From NCBI GenBank assembly GCA_944415425.1, contig CALYBP010000005.1, positions 487 through 64,486 on the forward strand: a stretch of 64,000 nt of DNA, written 5' to 3'. Position 1 is the first letter of the stretch. The number at the start of each line of letters is the position of its first letter. The stretch comes from an uncultured Ruminococcus sp. GTDB lineage: Bacteria; Bacillota; Clostridia; Oscillospirales; Acutalibacteraceae. Shown here piece after piece: positions 1 through 10,006 of the stretch. The position numbers and the translations under genes were made by a program. The notes below the pieces were generated by a model. It was not told the DNA's origin. It did no database searches and worked only from the letters and a program-made list of their open reading frames with translations.

Positions 1-350
1 CCGTCAGCTACAAAATATGCTTTGCTTTCTTCGGGCTTGAGGTAAACGGAAATGTTTTTAGCGTCCTTACCGAGAGTAAGTTTGATGTTCTTAATAACTT
101 CATCAACGGAAACCTGAACGCCGCCGTACTCAACAAAGAAATCTACCTTTGACTCAACAGCAGTTTCAACCGGCTTTTTGGGAGCAACCTTCTTAGGCGC
201 TGTCTTTTTGGGAGCTGCTTTCTTGGCAGGTGCCTTTTTTGCAGGAGCCTTTTTAGCTGTTGCGGTTTCTGTTTTAGCGGCAGTAGTTTTTGCAGCCGTT
301 TCTGTTTCGGCTGCTGTTGATTTGGCAGCTGTCTTTTTTGTTGTTGCCAT
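1..350 (-). CDS. Lys/Ala-rich histone-like protein (DUF6465-like), 3' end runs off the window
   Basis: Missing from the ORF track. Manual translation from ATG at 350 (RBS AAGGA upstream) gives MATTKKTAAK...KKAPAKKAPAKKAAPKK...VDFFVEYGGVQVSVDELIKNIK...SVYLKPEESKAYFVAD; the frame is open to the window edge. Confidence 0.75.
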   Translation of the reverse strand, partial: MATTKKTAAKSTAAETETAAKTTAAKTETATAKKAPAKKAPAKKAAPKKTAPKKVAPKKPVETAVESKVDFFVEYGGVQVSVDEVIKNIKLTLGKDAKNISVYLKPEESKAYFVAD

Positions 351-672
351 AATAAAATCCTTCTTTCAAGTAATGTTATTCTATGGGAATAAATGTTTTT
401 TAATTGTTTAAGACAATTATACATTTTGAGAAAATAATTGTCAACAAATTCGATTAATTTTCGGCAGTTGCAACATATTTTTGTTGTATTATACGAACCG
501 TTGGTTAAATTGCACTATAAAAATAACAATATTTTGTGCAAGGTGTCGTTTTGTGTAGAATAAACTGCGTAACCTACATTGAAAATGCGGCTTTGCTGTG
601 CTAAAATAATCTGGTGGATTTGCCGTGTAGGCAAATGAAATTTAAAGCATATTTTGATGGGAAGTTTTAGTT

Positions 673-1596
673 TTGGCTGAGAATTTTATTATGATAGCGC
701 AGCAGGTGCTTGTTTTGTTTGTGCTTATCGGTGTGGGTTTTTTATGCGGAAAAAAGAAAATTTTAAATGACGCTTCGTCAAAGGGAATGACCGACATTGT
801 TTTATATGTAGTAACACCGTGTGTTATGATTACCGCATTTCAGAGAGAGTTCAGCATTGATTTGATGGGAAAAATCGCTGTTGCGGTTTTGTGTGCGGCG
901 CTGATACTTACGGGGTCAATATTTCTCTCGTTGCTCGTGCTTCGTGATAAGGACGAGAGCAGAAAAAAGGTGCTTCAGTTTGCGGCAGTATTCTCAAACT
1001 GCGGATTTATGTCGCTGCCTTTGCAAAAGGCAATTTTAGGAGATGACGGCTGGTTTTACGGTTCTATATTTGTTGCCGTGTTTAACATTTTTGTGTGGAC
1101 ATACGGACTTGTCAGTATGAGCGGCGATAAAAAGCAGCTTTCAATTAAAAAACTCGCTTTTAACCCGGGAATATTCGGTGTTGTGGTTGCGCTTATACTT
1201 TTTGTTTGCAAAATTAAGCTGCCTTACATTATAAGCCAGCCTGTTTCCTACCTTTCAGATTTGAACACGCCTCTTCCGATGCTTATAATAGGATTTTATC
1301 TTTCAAAGGCCGACTTTAAAAAGGCATTTACTGATTTTGGAATTTATGCGGCATGTGCTGTCAGACTTATTGTGATACCTGTCGCCGCCGCTGTAATAAT
1401 GTCGCTTTTCAATATTGACCCAACTATTGTTGTGGCGTTTATAATCGCGAGCGCGGCTCCTACCGCTGCCACAACTACGATGTTTGCGGCAAAGTATTCT
1501 CGTAATGTTGATTTGTCTGTTGGGGTTGTCGCTTCGACGACGCTTATTTCGATAATCACGATGCCGCTTGTTGTTGCGTTTTCGCAGATTTTATAA
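673..1596 (+). CDS. AEC (auxin efflux carrier/malate permease) family transporter
   Basis: About 10 hydrophobic segments; family motifs FSNCGFMSLPL and AAPTAATTTMFA. Confidence 0.85.
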   Translation: MAENFIMIAQQVLVLFVLIGVGFLCGKKKILNDASSKGMTDIVLYVVTPCVMITAFQREFSIDLMGKIAVAVLCAALILTGSIFLSLLVLRDKDESRKKVLQFAAVFSNCGFMSLPLQKAILGDDGWFYGSIFVAVFNIFVWTYGLVSMSGDKKQLSIKKLAFNPGIFGVVVALILFVCKIKLPYIISQPVSYLSDLNTPLPMLIIGFYLSKADFKKAFTDFGIYAACAVRLIVIPVAAAVIMSLFNIDPTIVVAFIIASAAPTAATTTMFAAKYSRNVDLSVGVVASTTLISIITMPLVVAFSQIL

Positions 1597-1640
1597 CCGC
1601 TTTAACGGACAGTATAATTTATTTTGAGGGGTGGATTATT

Positions 1641-2654
1641 ATGCCTAAAAGCTCGATGCAGAAGCAAAAACTTTTGTATCTTCAAAAAATTATGCTCGAA
1701 AAGACCGATGAAAACCACGGCCTTACCGCAAGCGAGATTATACAGCAGCTTAATATGTACGGTATTAAATGTGAGAGAAAGAGCCTTTATGACGACTTAA
1801 ATATACTTTCGGTTTTCGGACTTGATATTTGTCGAACACGCACCACGACGGTAAAGTATTATGTCGGAAGCCGTGAGTTTGAGATTCCGGAGCTGAAACT
1901 GCTGGTTGATGCGATCCAAAGCTCGAAATTTATTACTCCTAAAAAAAGTCTTTCTCTCATAGATAAACTTTCTCACCTTGTGAGTGAAAATGAGGCTCAT
2001 CAGCTTCAAAGACAGGTGTATGTTTCAAACAGAGTAAAAAATATTAACGAAAAAATATATTATAATGTTGACACCCTGCACAATGCTATTTCAGCCGACA
2101 GGCAGGTCACATTTAAGTACTGCCGCTGGGAAACCGACTTTTCGGGGAAGAACAGGAAAATTAAATTGACTGGGCGCAAAAACGGCGAGCTTTATGTAGT
2201 TTCACCGTGGGCGCTTTGGTGGGATGACGAAAATTATTATCTTATCGCTTATGACGGATATGCGGATATGATAAAGCATTACCGTGTCGACAAAATGGAG
2301 TCAATACTAATAACCGAAAAGTGCCGTGACGGAAAAAGCTGTTTTGAAAGTTTTGATTTGTCAGGCTACACGACAAGCGTTTTTTCAATGTTCGGAGGAA
2401 AACTTACGGAGGTAAAATTGTCGGTAGATAATGAGTTTGTAGGAGTTATTGCGGACAGATTCGGAAGTGATGTGTTTATCGCAAAAGAGAGCGACAAAAG
2501 CTTTACCGTGTCAGTAAGTGTTGTTTTAAGTCCTCAGTTTTATGCATGGGTGTTTGGCCTTGACGGCGGTGTAAGGATACTTTCGCCCGAAAATGCCGTA
2601 GAGGAATACACAGATAAACTTTCAAAAAGCAGTTCGCAATATATCCAAAATTAA
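1641..2654 (+). CDS. WYL-domain transcriptional regulator (wHTH-WYL-WCX, YafY-like)
   Basis: N-terminal wHTH (GLTASEIIQQL...RKSLYDDLNIL); SPWALWWDDENYYLIAYD...HYRVDKM WYL core. Confidence 0.85.
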   Translation: MPKSSMQKQKLLYLQKIMLEKTDENHGLTASEIIQQLNMYGIKCERKSLYDDLNILSVFGLDICRTRTTTVKYYVGSREFEIPELKLLVDAIQSSKFITPKKSLSLIDKLSHLVSENEAHQLQRQVYVSNRVKNINEKIYYNVDTLHNAISADRQVTFKYCRWETDFSGKNRKIKLTGRKNGELYVVSPWALWWDDENYYLIAYDGYADMIKHYRVDKMESILITEKCRDGKSCFESFDLSGYTTSVFSMFGGKLTEVKLSVDNEFVGVIADRFGSDVFIAKESDKSFTVSVSVVLSPQFYAWVFGLDGGVRILSPENAVEEYTDKLSKSSSQYIQN

Positions 2655-2957
2655 ACTTGTAATTTTAGTTATTAAAGCAATATCGTATTAAAGCATAATA
2701 TTTTACCATAAACTTAATTTTAAAATTCGTTTTAGCAGGATAAAATCTATAATCACATAAATTGTTCCGCACCCCGTATTAACAAATAATGGCAAAAACT
2801 ACATATTAAAATTTTTATTATTTTGTTAATTATGTGTGATTTTTATCATCTTATTGATGTTTTATTGACAAATTCATCATCTATATTTATTATAATAAGC
2901 GAAAACAATGCAAAATTTCATTATAGTAGACGATTTAATTCTATGTGGGGTGTTATT

Positions 2958-3815
2958 ATGGATTTTGATTTTTTGCGTTCTGTATCGGGATCAAGTTCTG
3001 CATTTAGGGTAGTTTGCGGTGAAATGGTGCTTGACGACAAGTGGAATGTGCATTGTGAGGTTACTTTGGCTACCGTCAGAGTGGGGACGATGATGATTGA
3101 AACCGCTTCCGGAATTTACAACCTCAGACAGGGCGATATATATGTTATTGCGCCTAATCAAAGGTACAGGCTTTTTGATTTCAACAAAGCCGTGGTGGAC
3201 GTTATTTTGCTTAACCTCTCAAATCCTGCGTCGCTTACGCAGGAGTATATACCTCAGCATCTTATCAGAGGACTTACAACAGGAAACTGCACGCATTTTG
3301 CGAAGATTTCTCCCGAGGATCTTTTCTATGCAGATATGATTGACGCATTCAGAATCGTTACAAAGGCCGAAAACGAGAGATTTGAGTTTTTCCAGCTTCT
3401 TGTTCACGGAAAAATGTATGAGATTTTTTATATGCTTTTTGCAAACAAATATGTCGAGATTTATGATGTCGAGGCGCAGGGCAAAAAGTACAGAGCGCTC
3501 CGCAGAATAACTGAGTACATTAACGAGCATTTTTGCGAAAATATTTCGCTTGAAACCATTGCCAAGACGACAGGGCTGAGCAGATATTATGTGTCGCATC
3601 TGTTTAAGGATTTGCTTAATACTACTTTTGTAAACTATGTAAATGAGCTTAGGTTGTCAAGAGCGGCTACATTACTTACTACAACCGATACTCCGGTCAT
3701 AGAAATTGCCGGTTTGTCGGGATTTAATAATATCTCTAATTTCAACAGAGCTTTTAAGATGTATTTTGATACTACGCCTTCAAAATACAGAAAGTCGGAA
3801 AGACAGTTGTTTTGA
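2958..3815 (+). CDS. AraC family transcriptional regulator
   Basis: Cupin N-terminus and C-terminal double HTH (ISLETIAK...GFNNISNFNRAFKMYFDTTPSKYRK). Start moved from 2823 to ATG 2958, which has a GGGGTG RBS. Confidence 0.88.
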   Translation: MDFDFLRSVSGSSSAFRVVCGEMVLDDKWNVHCEVTLATVRVGTMMIETASGIYNLRQGDIYVIAPNQRYRLFDFNKAVVDVILLNLSNPASLTQEYIPQHLIRGLTTGNCTHFAKISPEDLFYADMIDAFRIVTKAENERFEFFQLLVHGKMYEIFYMLFANKYVEIYDVEAQGKKYRALRRITEYINEHFCENISLETIAKTTGLSRYYVSHLFKDLLNTTFVNYVNELRLSRAATLLTTTDTPVIEIAGLSGFNNISNFNRAFKMYFDTTPSKYRKSERQLF

Positions 3816-3837
3816 TTTATAACTACCATAAATGATT

Positions 3838-3870
3838 CATGCGCAGATGTTGTATCTGCGCATGGTTTTT
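3838..3870 (+). terminator. Intrinsic terminator
   Basis: CATGCGCAGAT-GTTGT-ATCTGCGCATG followed by a T run, just after the AraC stop. Confidence 0.75.
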
Positions 3871-4112
3871 TGTTGTATAGAATTTTCGGCAAACGGTTAA
3901 AAAATCGCATATTTATTGCCGAATTTTTGCTTTTTATGATAAAAATCATTTTTTGACTTGTGCGATGTTACTTAATTTTAATAATGGTTTTTTGTTATAC
4001 TGCGAATAGAATATTTAATAAAAATGTGATATAATATAAAGTGCGGTTGTGTGTTAAATTCATCAGGTCGATTATTAAAAACTAAAATTCAATAAAACGA
4101 AGGTGAGTTGAT

Positions 4113-4907
4113 TTGAAGGACTTTTTTGAAAAAAAAGTTAACGCCGTGTTGTCTGTATTGCTTGTGATTGTTTCGGTTTTTGTCGTTGTGCAGACCGTTT
4201 TTGCCAGCGGAACGCTGAAAGCAGGGGAGAGCGAACAGACAAAAACTGTCTCAAACATTAATCCAAATATTGATGAAATAGCGTCTAATCAGGGGATTGT
4301 TGTGACTGAAAACGAGCCCGAAACAACTACTCAGGAGCCGACCGAACCCGAAGAAACTCAGGCGAAGGCAAAGGAGAAGAAAAAAGAAAAAGCGGAAAAA
4401 AAGACGGAGCCGACCACTCAGGAGGCTGCAATACCGTTTGCTACCGCTATTCCTCCGCAAACGCCGGCGGACTACAACGCTCAGTGGAATGCGGGATACC
4501 TTGTTGCCATTGACAATCCCGACACAACTTATTGCTGCGGTCAGGTAACTCTGTGTGATGAGGACAGAGATTTGCTTGAGAGGCTGTGTATGGGCGAATT
4601 CGGATCAGGCGGATTTGTCGGGGCTTCTCTTATAGCGCAGGCTGTTAAAAACGCTATGTGTTTTGACGGCTATACAAGCGTTGCTTCCGTTATTAAGGAT
4701 TGCAAATACACCGGACGCACCGATTTAGAGCCCAACGACGAATGTGTACAGGCGGTTAAATATATTTTTGATGAAAACCATGACGCCGTTCAGCACAGAA
4801 TAATGTATATGTACAATCCGAATCTTGTTCAAAGCGCTTTTCACGAAAGCCAAAATTATATACTCACTTATCAGGAAGTAAGATTTTTTGACAGGTGGGG
4901 TTATTGA
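4113..4907 (+). CDS. Secreted/membrane-anchored SleB-like (Hydrolase_2) cell wall hydrolase-like protein
   Basis: N-terminal signal/TM, then a T/E/K-rich linker, then DRDLLERLCMGEFGSGGFVGASLIAQAVKNA, which resembles the SleB catalytic helix with a Glu. Confidence 0.5.
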   Translation: MKDFFEKKVNAVLSVLLVIVSVFVVVQTVFASGTLKAGESEQTKTVSNINPNIDEIASNQGIVVTENEPETTTQEPTEPEETQAKAKEKKKEKAEKKTEPTTQEAAIPFATAIPPQTPADYNAQWNAGYLVAIDNPDTTYCCGQVTLCDEDRDLLERLCMGEFGSGGFVGASLIAQAVKNAMCFDGYTSVASVIKDCKYTGRTDLEPNDECVQAVKYIFDENHDAVQHRIMYMYNPNLVQSAFHESQNYILTYQEVRFFDRWGY

Positions 4908-4920
4908 TACCGATATAATC

Positions 4921-4952
4921 AGCGGGGACACCAAAAGGTGTCCCCGCTTTTT
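4921..4952 (+). terminator. Intrinsic terminator
   Basis: AGCGGGGACACC-AAAA-GGTGTCCCCGCT followed by TTTT. Confidence 0.8.
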
Positions 4953-5107
4953 AACTCCTTTTGTAGATTTGCAATCTGTAAGCGTATGACAAATTGTGGT
5001 CACAGCGAAAAAGCAAATGTCGTATGATAGATAATATTTGTATTATAAACACAATAATACAAAATACCGAATAAACCGAATTATATAAACAGTTTATTTA
5101 TAAATAA

Positions 5108-5662
5108 TTACAGGTTGTTTTCATCATAAACGGCGCGGCATCCTCCGATAAACTTCGGTCTTGTCCTTGCGGCAAGCAAAATTGCATTTCCTATATGGTC
5201 AATTCCGAGCCTTACGGGAACTGCAACCTTTTTAAGGTGCATTCCGATCAGCGTTCCGCCTATGTCAAGGCCTGCGTCCGCCTTTATTTCTTCAAGGGCA
5301 ACAGGGTTTGTAAACGCCTTGTAGGCTGTGGTTGCAAACGAACCTCCCGCTTTTGGCTGAGGCACGACGTTTACAGGTTCGCAGTTTGGTACGGCCGCAC
5401 GCTCTGTAATTATTGCTCTGTTTAAGTGTTCGCAGCACTGAGCGGCAAGGAAAATACCACGCTCACAAAGCACGGGATATATTCCCTCAAATACCGCCTG
5501 AGCCGATTCAAGGCTTGAGTTTTTGCCTATCACGCCGCCCGCAATTTCACTTGATGAGCAGCCTACAACCATAATATCTCCGCTTTTAAGTTTTGCAGCT
5601 TCACATAATTCAAGTGCGGCACGCTGTGCCTGACTGCGGATTTCTTCCAATTTTTTATCCAT
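5108..5662 (-). CDS. TIGR01440/UPF0340 (YwlG-like) protein
   Basis: Motifs VVGCSSSEI, AAQCCEHLNRA, GLDIGGTLIGMHLK and ARTRPKFIGG. Confidence 0.88.
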   Translation of the reverse strand: MDKKLEEIRSQAQRAALELCEAAKLKSGDIMVVGCSSSEIAGGVIGKNSSLESAQAVFEGIYPVLCERGIFLAAQCCEHLNRAIITERAAVPNCEPVNVVPQPKAGGSFATTAYKAFTNPVALEEIKADAGLDIGGTLIGMHLKKVAVPVRLGIDHIGNAILLAARTRPKFIGGCRAVYDENNL

Positions 5663-5760
5663 ACTATCATCTCCGAAAATTTATATATAATTACAGCGTT
5701 TTTAAACAGCTTAATTTCGGCATACCGCACAGGAAGCTGCATTATACAAGAAAACTGCTG

Positions 5761-6414
5761 TTAAATTATTTTTTTTATATAATCCTCTGCAAGCGATAAA
5801 TCATCGCAAAGGCAGTCTATAATCGGCAGGATTTCCTCTGTCGGCTGTAAGTAATCAGGGACCATAACCGTAGTCATTCCTGCCGCGTGAGCAGATTTGA
5901 TTCCGTTTATGCTGTCTTCAAGCGCAACGCAGTACTCGGGGGAAAGCGCAAGCTTTTTTGCCGCGGTGAGAAAGACTTCCGGGTGGGGTTTGCTGTTTTT
6001 TACATCATCGCCGCAGACGAATACGTCAAAATAGTCATATGCGCCTGATTTTTTTATTACATTATGGGCGGTTTGAGCAGAGGTGGATGTGGCGAGGGCG
6101 ATTTTAATCTCATTGTTGTTCAGAAACTCCAGCAAATCAAAAAGACCCTTTTTTACAGGTACACCTTCCTTGTCAATTCGTTTGAGAAAAATCTCACGGC
6201 TTTTCTTTTTAAGGGCGGAATAGCAAAATTCGTTACCGTAAAGGCTGTTGTAGTATTTTTCAGCCAAGTCTGTGCGAAGCCCTATGGTATTTTTAAAAAT
6301 ATCAAGATTGTATTCAAACCCGAGTTCGTCCATCATTTTTTGCCACGTTTCATAGACGAGCCGTTCAGTATCAAACATAAGTCCGTCCATATCAAAAACA
6401 GCGCCCTTAATCAT
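5761..6414 (-). CDS. HAD-superfamily phosphatase (beta-PGM-like)
   Basis: Motif I FDMDGLMFDTE; KPHPEVF; EDSINGI. Confidence 0.9.
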   Translation of the reverse strand: MIKGAVFDMDGLMFDTERLVYETWQKMMDELGFEYNLDIFKNTIGLRTDLAEKYYNSLYGNEFCYSALKKKSREIFLKRIDKEGVPVKKGLFDLLEFLNNNEIKIALATSTSAQTAHNVIKKSGAYDYFDVFVCGDDVKNSKPHPEVFLTAAKKLALSPEYCVALEDSINGIKSAHAAGMTTVMVPDYLQPTEEILPIIDCLCDDLSLAEDYIKKII

Positions 6415-6515
6415 AAAATTCCCTCCCTTTTGATATTTATTTTATCACAAAGAGATTGTTATTACAATAAATAAAACGGACGACCGTGCGAATCGTCCGT
6501 TTGAATATTTATTGC

Positions 6516-7355
6516 TTATCTGTTTAAAAGCTTCTTTTTGTACTGTGCGGGCGTACAGCCGTAAATTTTTTTGCACTGGGTAATAAATGATTTAACATTT
6601 GCAAATCCGTTTTCTATTGCTGCGGCGGAAACCGTTGAGTTTTTGCTGAGCATATCCTGAATCGCGTTTTCAAGGCGAAGATTTGCGAGATACTCGGAGA
6701 AGCTTACCTGCGTTACATTTTTAAAATACTTTGAAAAATATGACGGCGAAAGATTTACAACCGAAGAAATTTCATCAAGCGGAATCTCTCTTTTGAAGTT
6801 CTCGTTTATGTAGGCGATAGCCGTCTTTGCGTAAGAAAAATCTCGCTTCGGGATAATAACCGAATTTGACGCGCGCCTAAAGCAAATGCAGTATTTCATC
6901 AGCAGATAGTAAATCTTGTTTACATATGAGATTTGAAGCAGAGGAGAATACTCATCATGTCCGGGGTCAATTTCAGCAATCTGTTTTAGCACTTCAATAA
7001 TTTCCGGCTTTGCCTGAGGTCTGCTTGTAACATCAAATATAATGCTGTCAATCGGCTTGCAGAACATTCTCATATACTCAAAAGAAAGCTGTATGCAGAC
7101 AAGCTTTGCGTTTGTGCCTTGAATCGGGCGGACAAGATGTACATCCTCACTGTTAAAGAAAATAAAGTCGCCCTCGCTTACGGTTTTTGTTGTTCCGTTC
7201 TGCGGACACTCAGCTTCGCCGGAAACCACATATATAATTTCGGGTTCTCGGTGCCAGTGAAGCTCTGTTTTGTGTGTATCGGAGGATAAATTGAGGTACA
7301 TTATCTTAGCCGGTAAATTTTTGTCATAATTTATTATTTCATATTTGTAATTCAT
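6516..7355 (-). CDS. AraC family transcriptional regulator
   Basis: Cupin HWHREPEIIYV and C-terminal HTH pair. Start moved to ATG 7355 (RBS GGGGAAG). Confidence 0.88.
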   Translation of the reverse strand: MNYKYEIINYDKNLPAKIMYLNLSSDTHKTELHWHREPEIIYVVSGEAECPQNGTTKTVSEGDFIFFNSEDVHLVRPIQGTNAKLVCIQLSFEYMRMFCKPIDSIIFDVTSRPQAKPEIIEVLKQIAEIDPGHDEYSPLLQISYVNKIYYLLMKYCICFRRASNSVIIPKRDFSYAKTAIAYINENFKREIPLDEISSVVNLSPSYFSKYFKNVTQVSFSEYLANLRLENAIQDMLSKNSTVSAAAIENGFANVKSFITQCKKIYGCTPAQYKKKLLNR

Positions 7356-7470
7356 ATAAACTTCCCCTTTAAAAAAAGTTGAAAAAACAGTAAATATGTT
7401 GTATATTAATATAAGTATAAACATAAAATATCCAATAATCTATGTAATTATGTTTGTTTATTAAGGACAA

Positions 7471-8286
7471 ATGTTGCACGGAGGCAAAATGGGACCAAAA
7501 TTAAACTATAAAGTAATTAATTGTCATTTTGTGTCAAGCGGACAAAGAAGTAGTAATATTGTAAACGAGGGACGGGGGATTGTGCGTGACGCATATATGC
7601 TCTGTTATGTTACAAAAGGCAGGGGCAGAATAAATGTTGACGGTTGTGAATTTGAAGTTGGAGAGGGTCAGTCGTTTCTTACATTTCCAATGTCTTGTGT
7701 GAGCATTGAACCCGACAAAGACGACCCGTGGGATTACAGGTGGATAGAATTCAGAGGGCTTGAAGCGGCAATGCTTGTAAGGCAGACGGCTTTCAGCAAA
7801 AGTCGTCCCGTTGCGGGTAAAATAGATATTGCGGATTTTGAAAGATTTTTTCAGTTTGAAGATATGGCTTCCGATACCGTTTATGCTCAATACAGAGCCG
7901 GAGGCAAGCTAATGGTGCTTTTATCGTATTATCTTGAATTTTTCCCGGGCGGAAGGAGCGAGAACACAAGCTATGCCGTGGCGGCGAGAAATTATATAGA
8001 AAAAAATTACAACAACCCGAATTTTAAGGTTGCTACGGTTGCAAATTATGTTAAGATAGACAGAACATATTTGTACCGTATTTTTAAAGAAGAGTTCGGA
8101 ATGTCGGTAATTGATTATATTAACAATTGCAGGGTTTCAAAGGCGGAAATATTGCTTTTGAACAAAAATTTATCAATAAAGGATGCGGCGTATTCGGTTG
8201 GATTTAACGATCAGATGTATTTTTCGCGGGTTTTTAAAAAGCTGAGGGGAATAACGCCGAGCGAATATCAGAAGCAAACCGATTAA
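7471..8286 (+). CDS. AraC family transcriptional regulator (divergent from the previous one)
   Basis: PWDYRWIEF ligand domain; YLYRIFKEEFGMS...GFNDQMYFSRVFKK. Confidence 0.88.
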   Translation: MLHGGKMGPKLNYKVINCHFVSSGQRSSNIVNEGRGIVRDAYMLCYVTKGRGRINVDGCEFEVGEGQSFLTFPMSCVSIEPDKDDPWDYRWIEFRGLEAAMLVRQTAFSKSRPVAGKIDIADFERFFQFEDMASDTVYAQYRAGGKLMVLLSYYLEFFPGGRSENTSYAVAARNYIEKNYNNPNFKVATVANYVKIDRTYLYRIFKEEFGMSVIDYINNCRVSKAEILLLNKNLSIKDAAYSVGFNDQMYFSRVFKKLRGITPSEYQKQTD

Positions 8287-8410
8287 TTTATTAAGCGTCT
8301 ATCTTTAATAGATTTTGCAATATAACCACGAGGTATTGCAATTATATAAGAGTTATATTATAATTTTTTTAATTTGTAATAAATACATTATTTTTAGAGG
8401 AGAGAGATTT

Positions 8411-9934
8411 ATGGAAAAAAGGGGTATGTGGAGCTCACGCTTTACATTTATCCTTGCAGCAGTCGGTTCTGCTGTGGGACTCGGTAATGCGTGGAGATTC
8501 CCCGGACTTGCCGCAAAACACGGCGGCGGAACGTTTTTGCTTGTTTATTTGCTTGCAATGCTTGTTATGGGAATTCCGCTTCTTATGATGGAGATTTCCA
8601 TCGCAAGAAAGTTTCGCAAGGGCGCTATTGAGTCTATGCGTGGAATCAAAAAACGCTTTGAGCCGATCGGCTGGGCGGCAACTTCAAACGCATTTGTAAT
8701 TGTCTGCTACTATTCGGTTGTTTTCGCGTGGGTTATTCTTATGTTCTTTAACTCGTGGCAGTTTGCGGGAATGACAGGAGATTCCCAGGCGGCTTCAAAT
8801 TTGTTTTTTGAACTTACGCAGACTACTGGAGTAATTGAGGGTACATCAATTCCGGGTGAAGTGCTTGTGTGCCTGCTTATTGCTTGGGGACTTATTTTTT
8901 ACTGCATAAGAAACGGCGCAAATTCCGTGGGCAAGGTAGTAAAGTTTACCGTTTTCGCCCCTGTTGTGCTTTTGCTTATTATGGCGGTAAAGGGCGTTAC
9001 AATGGACGGCGCAATGCAGGGCGTTGCAATGCTGTTTATTCCTGATTTTTCGGCGCTTGCGGATGCGTCCCTTTGGGTTGACGCCGTGGGTCAGGTGTTT
9101 TACAGCCTTTCAATTATGATGGCTATTATGTTTGCCTACGGTTCATATCTGCCCGATGACGCAAATATACCTGTTGACTGTATGATTATAGCGTTTTCCG
9201 ATATGGCTGTAAGTATACTTTCGGGAATCGTTATGTTCTCGACTATGGGCGGTACGGGAATGCTTGACATGATTACTGACAGCGGAATTTCGACAGCGTT
9301 TATGGTTTACCCGCAGGCGATAGTAAATCTTACCGACATAGGCTGGGTAAATGCGATTTTCGGCGCCGTGTTCTACCTTATGCTCATAACGCTGGCCATT
9401 GACTCGGCGTTCTCAATAGTTGAGGGTGTCTCGGCTTCTATATCGGACAAGTTCCATCTAAGACCCAAAAATGTAACAATAGCCGTTTGCGCAATTTGCG
9501 GCGTTATATCCATTCTTTTTGTTACACAATCGGGACTTGCGTGGCTTGATATTGTCGATAACTGGACAAATCAGATAAACCTTATCATCATCGGCGTTCT
9601 TGAGTGCGTTGCGATAGGCTGGTGCTTTAACCTGCGCAAGGTGCTTTCCGAGGTCAACCGCAATACCAAAGAATTTAAAATACCGTATTGGTGGTTTGCG
9701 GCATCCGTAAAGGTAATCGCTCCCGTTTTGCTCACGGGACTGTTTGTTTGGAATATGTACACGCTGTTTGTCATAAAGGGCGGCACCTACAATCCCGATT
9801 ATGCCATTTGGGCACAAATCGCCGCAGGCTGGGTAGTTTCCGTGCTTGTATTCATAAGCGGATTTATTGCAAAGATTTTTATTAAACGAATGAAGAAAAA
9901 AGGTTACGTCGAGGACGAAGTAACATTTGATTAA
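8411..9934 (+). CDS. Sodium-dependent transporter, NSS/SNF family
   Basis: Signature GSAVGLGNAWRFP; about 12 TM. Start moved to ATG 8411 (RBS GAGGAGA). Confidence 0.92.
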   Translation: MEKRGMWSSRFTFILAAVGSAVGLGNAWRFPGLAAKHGGGTFLLVYLLAMLVMGIPLLMMEISIARKFRKGAIESMRGIKKRFEPIGWAATSNAFVIVCYYSVVFAWVILMFFNSWQFAGMTGDSQAASNLFFELTQTTGVIEGTSIPGEVLVCLLIAWGLIFYCIRNGANSVGKVVKFTVFAPVVLLLIMAVKGVTMDGAMQGVAMLFIPDFSALADASLWVDAVGQVFYSLSIMMAIMFAYGSYLPDDANIPVDCMIIAFSDMAVSILSGIVMFSTMGGTGMLDMITDSGISTAFMVYPQAIVNLTDIGWVNAIFGAVFYLMLITLAIDSAFSIVEGVSASISDKFHLRPKNVTIAVCAICGVISILFVTQSGLAWLDIVDNWTNQINLIIIGVLECVAIGWCFNLRKVLSEVNRNTKEFKIPYWWFAASVKVIAPVLLTGLFVWNMYTLFVIKGGTYNPDYAIWAQIAAGWVVSVLVFISGFIAKIFIKRMKKKGYVEDEVTFD

Positions 9935-9948
9935 TTGCAAAACTCATA

Positions 9949-9987
9949 AAAAGGTCGGATTCAACACATCAGTTGAACCGACCTTTT
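9949..9987. terminator. Bidirectional terminator between convergent genes
   Basis: AAAAGGTCGG(A)TTCAAC-ACATCA-GTTGAACCGACCTTTT. Confidence 0.7.
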
Positions 9988-10006
9988 GTTTTGCAAATAT
10001 TTTAGA

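Noticed and set aside
143-424. ORF-track 93-aa (-) and 77-aa (+) ORFs
   Set aside because: Alternative frames over the Lys/Ala-rich gene; the real frame starts at ATG 350 with an RBS.
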